Counted from the stretch's first letter, positions 1 to 9,402 are shown. The stretch: 64,000 bases of DNA from an uncultured Actinomycetota bacterium (GCA_963826705.1 CAWGYF010000022.1:2099-66098), one strand, 5' to 3'. Notes: generated by a model from the sequence alone, not told the origin. Translations and numbers: made by a program.

Positions 1-263
1 CCGTCGAGGGCGAACCGTTCGAACAGGGTTCCGCCGAAGTAGAAGACGATGCCCGCCTCCCGCAGTACATCGATCTTGCGTTTGATGTCGCGGGTGACGA
101 GCCCGGTACACCATCCGAACTTCACCATGTCGACGTACTCGCCGACGCTTTCGACGGCGTCGACGAACTGCCCGGTGAACAGTCCTGTGTCGATCACCAT
201 CGTCAGCCCGGTGCGTCGGGGCGCCGACTCGCGAAGGGGCAGGTCGAGCCTTGTGTCGATCAT
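1..263 (-). CDS. phosphosulfolactate synthase (ComA family), 5' part; continues beyond the window edge
   Basis: Minus-strand translation from ATG 263-261 reads MIDTRLDLPLRESAPRRTGLTMVIDTGL..VDMVKFGWCTGLV..FYFGGTLFE. This fits the ComA pattern (PR..GLT.V.D.G, KFGWGT). The start overlaps the stop of the upstream gene (ATGA). Confidence 0.7.
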   Translation of the reverse strand, partial: MIDTRLDLPLRESAPRRTGLTMVIDTGLFTGQFVDAVESVGEYVDMVKFGWCTGLVTRDIKRKIDVLREAGIVFYFGGTLFERFALD

Positions 264-1405
264 GTTGTTCTCCTGTCGCTCGGTTTACCGGTGAGAGGCA
301 TGCGCAGCGGGGTGGACCGGAACTGCTCGACGAGGGCGAGCGAGCCCAGTACGGCGACGACGTAGACGATGACGGTGGACGCTGTTGCGGGCAGCGCTGC
401 GGTCGGCGAGGAGGTCCCCCCGACGGTCATCACCCAGAGGACCACCGGGTGCACGAGGAACACGCCGAAGGACCGTTCGGACGCCCACGCGACCCAGCGC
501 GGGGCGGCTCCGGCGCGCGACCGCGCCCAGCGCAGGCCCAGCAGCGCGAACCCGGCCACCACAGCGACCGCCCATGGGATCATCACGGGCTGGAAGACGT
601 CGCTCGCGAACTGGGCGTTCGTGCCCGTCGCGACCGCCCACAAGTACCGGCCCTCCGCCGCGGCGCCGGTGGCCGCGACCGCCGCGACCACCAGCACGGG
701 GTGGCGGAGCAGCGCGTCGAGGACGCGCTCGCGGTGCATCGCGGCGACGCCGCCGAGGACCAGGAAGAACACGTAGGACCCGACGAAAGATCCGGTGTAG
801 GGCAACAGCTGCGCCTTCAGCCCGGTCGGTGCCGGGTCGTGGATCCACAGGTCGATGAGCACCTGCAGGACGAGCGAGCCCAGCAGCAGCCACCGGTGCC
901 TGCCCGAGGTACCCACGAGCAGCCGCTGGAACAGCGGGAACAGCAGGTAGAACTGCATCGAGACCAGCAGGAAGTACAGGTGGTACCAGGCGGTGCCGGT
1001 GACGAGCGACCACGCGAAGGCCTGCAGCGCCGCCGGGGCGGGCAGGGGGGCCGTCGCGAGCTGGAGGCCGGTGTAGATCGCCGTCCAGACGACGTAGGGC
1101 GCGCCGACGAGCAGGAACCGCCGCCTCCAGAACGGGCCTGGCCGCGGCGGGCTGGTGCCGTAGCGGTGCATCAGCACGAACGCGGTGAGCACGAAGAACG
1201 CCTCACGCGTGAAGTGCAGCAGCATGACCACCGCGTCGGCCTGCGGGTCGTCGAGCGGATGCGTCGTCGAGAGGGCGTGCACGCCGATCACGCAGGCGAA
1301 CGTCAGCACCCGCACGACGTCGGCCGATGCGACTTGCCGCCGCCGCGCCCGAGCGGGTGTCGCCTCCGCGGTGCGCGGACCGACAGCGGGCTCGACGGCG
1401 GTCAC
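260..1405 (-). CDS. acyltransferase family 3 integral membrane protein
   Basis: 381-aa ORF with many hydrophobic segments. The N-terminal VVRVLTFACVIGVH..LLHFTREAFFVL is typical of OafA/YrhL-type O-acyltransferases. A 4-nt overlap (GTGA) links it to the ligase gene upstream. Confidence 0.8.
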   Translation of the reverse strand: MTAVEPAVGPRTAEATPARARRRQVASADVVRVLTFACVIGVHALSTTHPLDDPQADAVVMLLHFTREAFFVLTAFVLMHRYGTSPPRPGPFWRRRFLLVGAPYVVWTAIYTGLQLATAPLPAPAALQAFAWSLVTGTAWYHLYFLLVSMQFYLLFPLFQRLLVGTSGRHRWLLLGSLVLQVLIDLWIHDPAPTGLKAQLLPYTGSFVGSYVFFLVLGGVAAMHRERVLDALLRHPVLVVAAVAATGAAAEGRYLWAVATGTNAQFASDVFQPVMIPWAVAVVAGFALLGLRWARSRAGAAPRWVAWASERSFGVFLVHPVVLWVMTVGGTSSPTAALPATASTVIVYVVAVLGSLALVEQFRSTPLRMPLTGKPSDRRTT

Positions 1406-2898
1406 GACACCGCCACCCCCGCGGCGGCCAGAGCGGCGGCGTCTGCCGTCTCGCCGGTCAGCTCGGCCGCTAGCTCCGCCCGCACCGCGGCGCGGCGGAC
1501 CTTGCCGGTGGGCCCGACCGGGAACCGTTCGACGACGCGGATCTCCACCGGCCGCTTGAACGCCGCCAGCTCACCGACGCAACGCTCCCCCAGCCGCTCG
1601 ACCAGATCACCGGCACCGGCGGGGGTCGCGCGGACCAGCGCTACCGGGACCGCGCCGAGCACATCGTGCGGGCGGCCCGCGACCACGGCTTCGACGACGG
1701 CGGGATCGCGCAGCAGCACCTCCTCGACCTCCCGCGGATGCACCATCTCACCGCCGCGGTTGATGACGTCGTCCGCGCGCCCGCGCAGGTACAGGTGGCC
1801 GTCGGCGGAGAGCGACCCGAGGTCGGCCGTGTCGAGCCATCCCGCCTGGTCGAAGCGGTCGGCCGCCGCGTCGCCGACGTAGCCGCGGATCACCCCGGCA
1901 CCGCGGATCCGCACACGCCCGACGACGCCGGGCGGGCACGGTCGCCCGTCCTCATCGACCACGCGCACCTCGACGTCGACGGGCCGACCGACCGATCCGG
2001 CCCGATGCGGCTCGTCCAGTGCGGTGGCCGTGATCTGGCTGGCCGCCTCCGTCATCCCGTAGCTCTCGACCACGGGCAGACCGGTGCGCGCGAGGAAGAG
2101 CTCACGCACCGGAGGGGGCAGCGCGGCGGACGCCGAGCGCACGAACCGCAGCCGCGGCCCCACGACGGGCTCGACGGGGTCTCTGGCGAGGATCGTCAGG
2201 ATCGCTGGCGCGGCGTTCACCCAGGTGACGTCCCGCTCGACCAGCAGGTGCCAGAAGCCGGTGCGCCGGAACCGCCGGTCGAGCACGAGCTCCCCACCCG
2301 CGACGAGGGTGGCCAGCAGGCCGACGACCTGCGCGTTCACATGGAACAACGGCAGCGGGCAGAACCCGCGGTCGGCGCTGGTCAGCCGGTGGTGGGCCGC
2401 GACCGCCCGAGCGACGTGCAGGCACTGTTCCTCGCTCAGCGCGACGGCCTTCGGCGTGCCCGTCGAGCCCGAGGTCAGCAGCAGGACCGAGCCGGTTCCG
2501 CCGTCGGTCCCGCTCGGCGCGCCCACCGGCGCGGCGGGCAGCCCGTCCGGCGTGACGGGCACGCCGGACCCGTCGGGCCGGTCGGTGAGCACCAGCGCAG
2601 GCGCCACGACACGGCGGGTACGCACGGCCTCGGTGGCCGGCGCCGCCGGGTCAACCGGCGCCGAGCAGCGGCCCGCCGCCACGACCGCCAGATGGGCGAC
2701 GGCGAAGGCGAGCGGATCGTCGATGTCGAGCAGGACCCTGCCCCCGGCGGGCACCGCCCGCGCGGTGAGCTCTCCTGCCCAGGCGTCGACCGCGGCGGTC
2801 AGAGCCGCGTAGTCGATCGAGCGCGCCGTGCGCGCGTCGGACACGAACGGCTTCGCTGCTGTCCGTCCGGCGATCAGCGGACGCAAGCGGGGAGCCAT
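1402..2898 (-). CDS. AMP-dependent synthetase/ligase (acyl-CoA or acyl-AMP ligase)
   Basis: 498-aa ORF with the adenylation motifs LLLTSGSTGTPKAV, YGMTE and GWLDTADLG..DGHLYLRGRADD. Confidence 0.85.
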   Translation of the reverse strand: MAPRLRPLIAGRTAAKPFVSDARTARSIDYAALTAAVDAWAGELTARAVPAGGRVLLDIDDPLAFAVAHLAVVAAGRCSAPVDPAAPATEAVRTRRVVAPALVLTDRPDGSGVPVTPDGLPAAPVGAPSGTDGGTGSVLLLTSGSTGTPKAVALSEEQCLHVARAVAAHHRLTSADRGFCPLPLFHVNAQVVGLLATLVAGGELVLDRRFRRTGFWHLLVERDVTWVNAAPAILTILARDPVEPVVGPRLRFVRSASAALPPPVRELFLARTGLPVVESYGMTEAASQITATALDEPHRAGSVGRPVDVEVRVVDEDGRPCPPGVVGRVRIRGAGVIRGYVGDAAADRFDQAGWLDTADLGSLSADGHLYLRGRADDVINRGGEMVHPREVEEVLLRDPAVVEAVVAGRPHDVLGAVPVALVRATPAGAGDLVERLGERCVGELAAFKRPVEIRVVERFPVGPTGKVRRAAVRAELAAELTGETADAAALAAAGVAVS

Positions 2899-2989
2899 GT
2901 GTACCGACGATGTCCGCCGAACCTGTGTGTCTCCTGTGCGGGGGATGTGATGCTCCTCAGATCGTGATGCACGGGTTGATCAGTGGCGC

Positions 2990-3985
2990 GTGACGGCCCG
3001 CACGGATTGGGCGCATACTCGCCACGTGGCGCGCGGACGGCGGACAACGATGGTCGCCTGCGGGGTGTTTGCCCTGTTCACAGCGGTGACAGTGAGCTTG
3101 TCCGGATTGGCGGGAGCCACCGGCGCCGCCGTGCCCGTTGCCGCCGCACCGGCGCCCGCGACTCCGCCGGACCTCGCCGGGACGCTCGTCACCGAGCACA
3201 CCCTCACCGTCGGGGGCATCGCGCGAACCTATCGGTCGGTCACCGCGGCCGCTGCGTCGGCTCAGCCCCTGCCCCTCCTGGTCGTGCTGCACGGCCGGGG
3301 GCAGCGGCCGTGGACGGCCGTGCGGGCCACCGGGTTCCTCCCCTTCGCCCGTCGGGACCAGGCCGTGTTGGTCTATCCCGACGGCCTCTCCCGGTCGTGG
3401 AACGCCGGGTCGGGCTGCTGCGGAGTCGCAGGCAACCGCAACACGCCCGACACCGCCTTCGTGACGGCCGTGGTCGCGGACGCGACGCGCGACCTGCCCG
3501 TCGACCCCGACCGGATCTACCTCGTGGGTTACAGCAACGGCGGCAAGCTCGCCTGGTTGCTCACCTGCAAGCACCCCGCCCTCTTCGCGGCGGTGGCCAC
3601 GTACGGCGCGGCACCGCTCGCGCCGTGCCCGGCCGCCAAGGCCTTGCCGTCGCTGATGGCCGTCGGGGTGCACGACCCCGTCCTGCCGATCGGCGGCGAT
3701 CAGGGGACCCGTCCGGCGCTGCCGTCGGCGCGGGTCGCGGCGGGCTGGCTCGTGCGGCGCGACCGGTGCACCGGAGGCCCGACGACGACCACCGTCGGAA
3801 GTGCGGTGCTCCAGCGCTGGACGCGGTGCGCGACAGGCACCGAAGTTGACCTCGCCGTCTATCCCGACGCCGACCACATGTGGCCGCCCGCTGTCACCGG
3901 GCTGATGTGGACGTTTCTCGGGGCGCACCCGTCGACTGCTCAGCCGACGCCAGCCCTGGCGGCGCCGATTCCAGCGCACGGGTGA
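2990..3985 (+). CDS. secreted PHB-depolymerase-family esterase (LpqC-like)
   Basis: Signal-like N-terminus (MVACGVFALFTAVTVSLSGLAGATG; the true start may be ATG 3050). Also LLVVLHG, SWNAGSGCCG and the serine-hydrolase motif GYSNGG. Confidence 0.75.
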   Translation: MTARTDWAHTRHVARGRRTTMVACGVFALFTAVTVSLSGLAGATGAAVPVAAAPAPATPPDLAGTLVTEHTLTVGGIARTYRSVTAAAASAQPLPLLVVLHGRGQRPWTAVRATGFLPFARRDQAVLVYPDGLSRSWNAGSGCCGVAGNRNTPDTAFVTAVVADATRDLPVDPDRIYLVGYSNGGKLAWLLTCKHPALFAAVATYGAAPLAPCPAAKALPSLMAVGVHDPVLPIGGDQGTRPALPSARVAAGWLVRRDRCTGGPTTTTVGSAVLQRWTRCATGTEVDLAVYPDADHMWPPAVTGLMWTFLGAHPSTAQPTPALAAPIPAHG

Positions 3986-4205
3986 TCGCGCCCACCAGCG
4001 CGAGCGCCGCCTCCTGCGTGAGCTCGACCGCCACCCGCGCCGAGGGCCCGAGCTCCGGCGCCAAGAAATCGATGTTGACGGTGTGCCCGTAGGGCGCGTG
4101 GACCGGGTGGTCGACATAGGCGGTGGCGTGGGTCAGGGCGAACCAGCCCTGGGCGCCCTTGCCGCTGCCCTCGATCGCGACCTTCTCGGTGACGTAGGTA
4201 CACAT
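3894..4205 (-). CDS. small conserved actinobacterial protein (DUF6295-like)
   Basis: The internal ATG at 4205 gives MCTYVTEKVAIEGSGKGAQGWFALTHATAYVDHPVHAPYGHTVNIDFLAPELGPSARVAVEL.., a pattern I recall for this small family. The longer 167-aa ORF upstream lies inside a MITE. Confidence 0.55.
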   Translation of the reverse strand: MCTYVTEKVAIEGSGKGAQGWFALTHATAYVDHPVHAPYGHTVNIDFLAPELGPSARVAVELTQEAALALVGAITRALESAPPGLASAEQSTGAPRETSTSAR

Positions 4206-4209
4206 GTCG

Positions 4210-4371
4210 CTAGTGCGGTGTCCTAGGAACTTGCCGGGGTGATCGCGGGATCCAGGCGGCGTCTCGCAAGGCGCCGCCCGAAGCTGATACCGGGCGTCTT
4301 CGCGAGGGCGGCAACACCGCGAGGCGTCGTCTGGGCCCGCGAGGACCCGGTGAACGTTACTGGACACCGCA
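4210..4371. mobile_element. MITE copy 1 (about 165-bp family, CTAG-flanked); right flank lost
   Basis: Left end is CTAG-TGCGGTGTCCTAGGAAC. The right end ..ACTGGACACCGCA is followed by GACG rather than CTAG. About 95% identical to the copies at 44120, 50174 and 60262. Confidence 0.8.
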
Positions 4372-4375
4372 GACG

Positions 4376-5265
4376 CCGGACAGAACTCGGTGGTCAACTT
4401 CGACCACCTGGCCCGGTCGGGGCTGGCGTTCGTGGGCTCGGTCCCGCCGTCGGACTGCGCCGATCTGCTCGCCCAGCCAGCCGATGCTCGGGTGGTGGTG
4501 GACGCCGACCGGTTCGGCGGGCTGACCGCGCTACAGACCCGCCGCGAGGTCTACGGCACCCAGCGGCGCACCGTGCTCACCCACTCGCCCACCCTGCACC
4601 AGGCCCAGTCCCGCGGCTTCGACCAGACCCTGGCCAAGGCCGGTGCGAAACTGTCCGAGCTGGCCGACACCCTGGCCCGCGGCCGCACCCGCCGCCCCCG
4701 TAGCAAAGTCACCGCCGCGATCGAGCAGATCCTCCACGACCCCTGGGTACGTCGCGTCATCGCCTGGCAGCTGACCGGCGACACCCCACCCGAACACCGG
4801 CTCACCTGGCGCATCGACCACACCGCGCGCCGCGATCTGGAAGACGAGGTGTTCGGCAAGCGCGTGCTGATCACCGGCCAGGACGACTGGCCCATCGCCG
4901 AGGTGGTCGCCGCCTACCGGTCCCAGTCCGAGGCCGAGTTCGCCTTCCGCCAGCTCAAAGACCCGCACCTGGTCTCGTTCTCCCCGATGCACCACTGGAC
5001 CGACCACAACATCCACGTGCACGTCTTCACCTGCGTGCTCGCCCTGCAGATCGCCCACCTGATGCGCCGCCACGCCGCCCAGGCCGGGCTGACCCTCTCC
5101 GTCCGCGAGCTGCTCGACCAGCTCGCCAGCATCCAGGAGACCGTGCTGATCTACCCCTCCACCGGCGGGCGCCCCAAGGCCCGGCGCATGCTCACCGAGA
5201 CCACCCCCGCCCAGGACCAGCTCGTCGAGTTCTTCGACCTGAACCGCTGGGCCCCACGCACTTAG
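4376..5265 (+). pseudogene. IS4/IS1634-type DDE transposase, C-terminal half only
   Basis: The translation contains ..FGKRVLITGQDDWPIAEVVAAYRSQSEAEFAFRQLKDPHLVSFSPMHHWTDHNIHVHVF.. (the Y-R-x-E-x-F-R-x-LK C-terminal signature). The N-terminal half is missing, and the ORF begins directly at the end of MITE copy 1. Confidence 0.75.
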
Positions 5266-5344
5266 GTCATACACCCCAAGAGATCACAACCGACCCCTGA
5301 CCAGCGGAAACAGACTGAAGATCAAACTAGCCCGGAAACTGGGG

Positions 5345-6091
5345 CTAGACCCCCACGTGGGTGCCGAGAAACGCGAAGATCTTCGCCCAGCCGTCGACGG
5401 CCGCCTCCGGCCGGTAGGCGGGCCGGTCGACGGAGAAGAACGCGTGGCCCGCGCCGTCGTAGGTGTGGAACTCGTGGGGCTTGCCCAGCCGGTCGAGCTC
5501 CGCTGCGAGCTTGGCGGTCTCCTCGGGCCCTGGGAACGTGTCGTCCGCGCCGAACAGGCCCAGCAGCGGGCACGACAGCTTCGGCGCCAGACCGAGAATC
5601 GGCCTGACGGCCAGCGGGAACCCCGACGGCGGCTCGTTGACGACGAAGGCGCCGTAGCAGTCCACCGCGGCGGAAAGCTCGAGGGAGCAGGCCGCGAGGA
5701 ACGTCTGGCGACCGCCTGAGCAGTACCCGATCACCCCGACCTTCCCGGTGGCGCCGGGCAGCCCGCGCAGGTGCCGGGCGGCGCCGTCGACGTCGCCCAC
5801 CAGCCGCTCGTCGGGCACCCCGCCGTGCGCACGCACGAAAGCCGCGGCGTCGTCCGGGCTCGCGCCGAGGGCCTCCCGGGAGTACAGGTTCGGGCACAGC
5901 GCGGCGTACCCGTTGGCGGCGAACCGCCGCACGATCTCCAATGTCGCGGCGTCATAGCCGGGCATGTGGTGGATCACCACCATGCCGCCGTAGGCCTGCC
6001 CGCTGGTCGGGCGGGCCAGGTAGGCCTCGATGTCGTCGCCGCCGTGTCCGGGAATCGTGATCGTCCCGGCTTCCATAGCATCGCTCACCAT
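5345..6091 (-). CDS. dienelactone hydrolase family protein
   Basis: 248 aa. Contains GGMVVIHHMPGYD, the nucleophile elbow GVIGYCSGG, and C-terminal YDGAGHAFF. Confidence 0.85.
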   Translation of the reverse strand: MVSDAMEAGTITIPGHGGDDIEAYLARPTSGQAYGGMVVIHHMPGYDAATLEIVRRFAANGYAALCPNLYSREALGASPDDAAAFVRAHGGVPDERLVGDVDGAARHLRGLPGATGKVGVIGYCSGGRQTFLAACSLELSAAVDCYGAFVVNEPPSGFPLAVRPILGLAPKLSCPLLGLFGADDTFPGPEETAKLAAELDRLGKPHEFHTYDGAGHAFFSVDRPAYRPEAAVDGWAKIFAFLGTHVGV

Positions 6092-6097
6092 CCACTT

Positions 6098-7069
6098 CTA
6101 CGCCCTCCCCGCGAGCAGCGCCGCGTAGCGGTCGAGATCGACGTTGCCGCCGCTGACCAGGACGCCGACCCGCTGCCCCGCGACGTCGCCCGCCGCGCGC
6201 GCGGCGGCGAGACCGAGGCACCCCGTCGGCTCCACGACCAGCTTCATCGTGGCGGCGAAGACCCGCATGGCCTCGACGAGCTGGGCGTCAGAGGCCGTCC
6301 TGATCTCCGTGACGGCGCGCCTGATGATCGGGAACGTGTGCTCGCCCAGGTGCGTCGTCTGCGCCCCGTCCGCGATCGTCGCGGGCACGTCGATGCGCAC
6401 GACCCGCCCCGCGGCGACGGACTGCCGCCCGTCGTCCCCGGCCTCCGGCTCGACCCCGTACACCCGGCAGCGCGGGGCGAGCGCCTCGGCCGCCAGAAGC
6501 GTGCCGGACAGGAGCCCGCCGCCACCCAGCGGCACGAAGAGCACATCCAGCGCGCCGACCTCGGCGAACAGCTCCATCGCCGCGGTCCCCTGGCCCGCGA
6601 GGACGTCGGGGTGGTCATAGGGCGGCACCAGCGTCAGTCCGTGGCCGGCCGCGAGCTCCCGACCGATCGCCTCCCGGTCCTCGGTGAACCGGTCGTAGCC
6701 GATCACCTCGGCCCCGTACCCCAGGGTGGCCGCCACCTTCGCGGCAGGCGCGTCGTGCGGCATCACGATCTTCGCGGGGATCTCCAGGATGCGGGCGGCC
6801 AGCGCGACGGCCTGGGCGTGGTTGCCCGACGAGTACGCCACGACCCCCGCCCGCCGCTGCGCGGGCGCGAACCGCGACAGCGCGTTGAGCGCGCCCCGGA
6901 ACTTGAACGCCCCGACGCGCTGCAGGTTCTCGCACTTGAACACCAGATGGGCGCCCACCTCGGCGTCGATGCGCGACGAGCGCAGCACCGGAGTGCGGTG
7001 GGCGTGTCCGGCGATACGGGCGGCCGCCGCGCGGACGTCCTCGAAGGAGGGCCCTGCGGGGTCGGTCAC
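6098..7069 (-). CDS. PLP-dependent threonine/serine dehydratase
   Basis: VTDPAGPSFEDV..TPVLRS..LVFKCENLQRVGAFKFRGALNA..SSGNHAQAVA..GGGGLLSG. GTG start at 7069 overlaps the PBP stop (GTGA). The 541-aa ORF extension upstream is shadow sequence over the PBP gene. Confidence 0.85.
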   Translation of the reverse strand: MTDPAGPSFEDVRAAAARIAGHAHRTPVLRSSRIDAEVGAHLVFKCENLQRVGAFKFRGALNALSRFAPAQRRAGVVAYSSGNHAQAVALAARILEIPAKIVMPHDAPAAKVAATLGYGAEVIGYDRFTEDREAIGRELAAGHGLTLVPPYDHPDVLAGQGTAAMELFAEVGALDVLFVPLGGGGLLSGTLLAAEALAPRCRVYGVEPEAGDDGRQSVAAGRVVRIDVPATIADGAQTTHLGEHTFPIIRRAVTEIRTASDAQLVEAMRVFAATMKLVVEPTGCLGLAAARAAGDVAGQRVGVLVSGGNVDLDRYAALLAGRA

Positions 7070-9402
7070 TTGCCCGCGCTGGTCCAGATCGTCACCGTGG
7101 CGCCGGTCGCGAGGTTGCCCTGTGGGCTCTGGCCGACCACCTGACCCGGCGGCAGCGGGGACTTGACCGACTGCGTCGACGGCGTGTAGCCGGCCGCGGT
7201 GAGGGCCTGCGCGGCCGCCGTGCCACCTTGCCCGACGACGTAGGGGACGATCGGCAGGCGGGCGCCGTCGTTCTGGTAGGCGGGGTCGGGACCCGCGACC
7301 GGCACGTCGGGGTGGCCTGCCAATAGTTGGTTCATCGCGGCGAAGTAGGGCGGTGCCGCGACCGTGCCGCCGAACGCCCCGTGCCCGCAGTTGCCCAAGT
7401 GCACGGGACTGCCGGGGCAGATCTCCTGCGGGTGGGCGCTGTCGGCGTACACCATCGACGCCGCGGCGTAGCCGTCCACGCCGCCGATGAACGCGACGGA
7501 CTCGCTTTGGTTGGTCGTGCCGGTCTTGCCGATGTCCGGGCGGTGCCAGCCCGCCGCGGAGGCGGCCGCCGCCGAGGTGCCCTCCGTGGTGTCCTTGGAC
7601 AGGCCGGCAGCGAGGGTGTTGGCCAGGCCCGGGTTGACGACCTGTTCGCAGGGCTGCTGGTCCACCGCCACCGGATGCCCGTTCCGGTCGGTGACCGACT
7701 GGATCGGGTTCGGCGGGCACCACACACCGCCGGACATGATCGTGGCCGACACGTTGGCCATCTCCAGCGGGCTGACCGGGCTCACGCCGAGGGTGAACGA
7801 CAGCAGCCCCTGGAAGTACTTCGACTGCGGCTCGTTGTATTGCGGGTTCTTCGACAGCGGATCGGCCGGGTCGGTGACCACGGTGCCGCCTGCGTCATTG
7901 GTGGTCAACGTGGTGCGCAGGCCCAACCGCTGTGCCATCTGAAGGACGGCAGGCATGCCGGTTCGCGCCTCCAGGCCGACGAACGCCACGTTCGGTGAGG
8001 TGGCCAGGGCGTCGGGCAGGCTGATCGGGTCGGCGTAGTTGCCGTCGTTCGAGACGGGGTAGCAGTGGGTGTAGCGGTTGTTGTTGGGCGGGGTGAAGCA
8101 GTCCGAGCCGGGGTTGGGCAGGTCGGAGTCGAACCCGACCGTGCCCTGCTCCAGCGCCGCCGCCGTCGTGAAGATCTTGAAGGAGGAGCCTGCCCCGAAG
8201 ACGTTGCTCGCCTCGGCGACGATGTTGGTCGAGCGCTGCCCTTGGGCGGCGTCGGTGCCGAGGTTGCGGTTGGCCACCATGGCGAGCACGTCGTGTCCCG
8301 CGGTCCCCGGACTCACCAGCGCGAACGTGTTGGCGACCCCGTCCTGGTTCGTCGGCACGTTGCGGTCGACCGCGTCCTTGATCACCTGGCTGGCGGTGGG
8401 GTCCATCGTGGTCTTGATCGTGTAGCCGCCCGTGTAGAGCTGGTCCTCGGTGAACCCGGCCTGCTCGAGGTAGCTCACGACGTAGTCGCAGAAGAAACCC
8501 GCGTCCGGGGCCGCGGCGAGGCAGGTGCTCCCCGGCGCCGCCGGTCCGCCCGGCACGACGACGAGCGGGGCCTGCTTGGCCGCGCCCGCCACTTGGGGGG
8601 TGATCGAGCCCGTGGAGGCCATCGTGTCGATCACGGTGTTGCGCCGCGCGACGGCCTGATCCGGGTGGGTGTAGGGGTTGTAGAGGTTCGGGTTGTTCAC
8701 CATCCCGGCCAGCAAAGCGGCTTGCGGCACCGTGAGCTTGTCGGCTGTGGTGCCGAAGTAGGCCTGCGCCGCCGCGGCGACCCCGTAGACGTTCCCGGAG
8801 AACTCGACGACGTTGAGGTAGTTGGTGAGGATCTCCTGCTTGGGCATGTTGTGGCCCAGTTGCAGCGCGAGCTCGGCCTCGCGGAGCTTGCGGGAGATCG
8901 TGTCGGCGCGGTCTTGCCGCTGCGCTGTCGGGTTGGTCCGGTCGATCACGTTGATCAGGAGGTTCTTGACGTACTGCTGGGTGATCGTCGACGCGCCCTG
9001 GGTGCTTCCGCCCGACGAGTTGTTCACCGCGGCCCGCAGCACCGCACGCGGGTCGATGCCGGACTCGCTGAGGAAACGGCGGTCCTCGATGGCGATGATC
9101 GCCGCCCGCATCGACGTCGCGATCCCGTCGTAGGTGACGGGCAGCCGGTACTGGTCGAACAGGCTGGCGATCGGCGCGCCGTTGCGGTCGAGCACGGTCG
9201 TCACCAGCGGCACCTGCGCCGTGGTGAGCGCGCCGTCGTTCGTGGTCGACGCGATCTTCCCCACCGAGTCGTTGACCTGGTTGGAGAGCACCCCCAGACC
9301 CACGCCGACCGGCGCGAACACCGCCGCCGTCAGGATCCCGGCCGCGAGGCACCACGCGGCGAGCCGCCCGATCGAGCGCAACTCCTGCCGACCCCGACCC
9401 AT
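7066..9402 (-). CDS. class A penicillin-binding protein (transglycosylase/transpeptidase) with C-terminal PASTA domain
   Basis: 778 aa with an N-terminal TM segment. GT51 motifs AIIAIEDRRF and GASTITQQYVKN, transpeptidase SSFK, and a PASTA-like tail VPYVVGQGGTAAAQALTAAGYTP..VVGQSP..G..V. Confidence 0.9.
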   Translation of the reverse strand: MGRGRQELRSIGRLAAWCLAAGILTAAVFAPVGVGLGVLSNQVNDSVGKIASTTNDGALTTAQVPLVTTVLDRNGAPIASLFDQYRLPVTYDGIATSMRAAIIAIEDRRFLSESGIDPRAVLRAAVNNSSGGSTQGASTITQQYVKNLLINVIDRTNPTAQRQDRADTISRKLREAELALQLGHNMPKQEILTNYLNVVEFSGNVYGVAAAAQAYFGTTADKLTVPQAALLAGMVNNPNLYNPYTHPDQAVARRNTVIDTMASTGSITPQVAGAAKQAPLVVVPGGPAAPGSTCLAAAPDAGFFCDYVVSYLEQAGFTEDQLYTGGYTIKTTMDPTASQVIKDAVDRNVPTNQDGVANTFALVSPGTAGHDVLAMVANRNLGTDAAQGQRSTNIVAEASNVFGAGSSFKIFTTAAALEQGTVGFDSDLPNPGSDCFTPPNNNRYTHCYPVSNDGNYADPISLPDALATSPNVAFVGLEARTGMPAVLQMAQRLGLRTTLTTNDAGGTVVTDPADPLSKNPQYNEPQSKYFQGLLSFTLGVSPVSPLEMANVSATIMSGGVWCPPNPIQSVTDRNGHPVAVDQQPCEQVVNPGLANTLAAGLSKDTTEGTSAAAASAAGWHRPDIGKTGTTNQSESVAFIGGVDGYAAASMVYADSAHPQEICPGSPVHLGNCGHGAFGGTVAAPPYFAAMNQLLAGHPDVPVAGPDPAYQNDGARLPIVPYVVGQGGTAAAQALTAAGYTPSTQSVKSPLPPGQVVGQSPQGNLATGATVTIWTSAGK

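Noticed and set aside
251-1882. 543-aa plus-strand ORF, and similar long ORFs such as 5771-7144 (+), 8065-9732 (+), 15724-17856 (+), 35121-36062 (+), 54993-56564 (+) and 60454-62055 (+).
   Set aside because: They lie antisense to, or out of frame with, genes that carry clear family motifs. Their translations are Arg/Gly/Pro/His-rich with no motifs. These are the typical shadow ORFs of GC-rich DNA.
4239-4703. Recurrent ORF MIAGSRRRLARRRPKLIPGVFARAATPRGVVWAREDPVNV.., also seen at 50089-50310 (-).
   Set aside because: It is encoded entirely by the MITE body and reads out into unrelated flanks in each copy. Its conservation reflects repeat identity, not a protein.
6098-7723. N-terminal extension making the dehydratase 541 aa; likewise the 568-aa version of the flippase ORF (9456-11162) and the 683-aa version of the antiporter ORF (24645-26696).
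   Set aside because: The extensions overlap upstream genes or repeat modules and are low-complexity junk. Internal GTG or ATG starts that abut the neighbouring stop codons give family-typical lengths.
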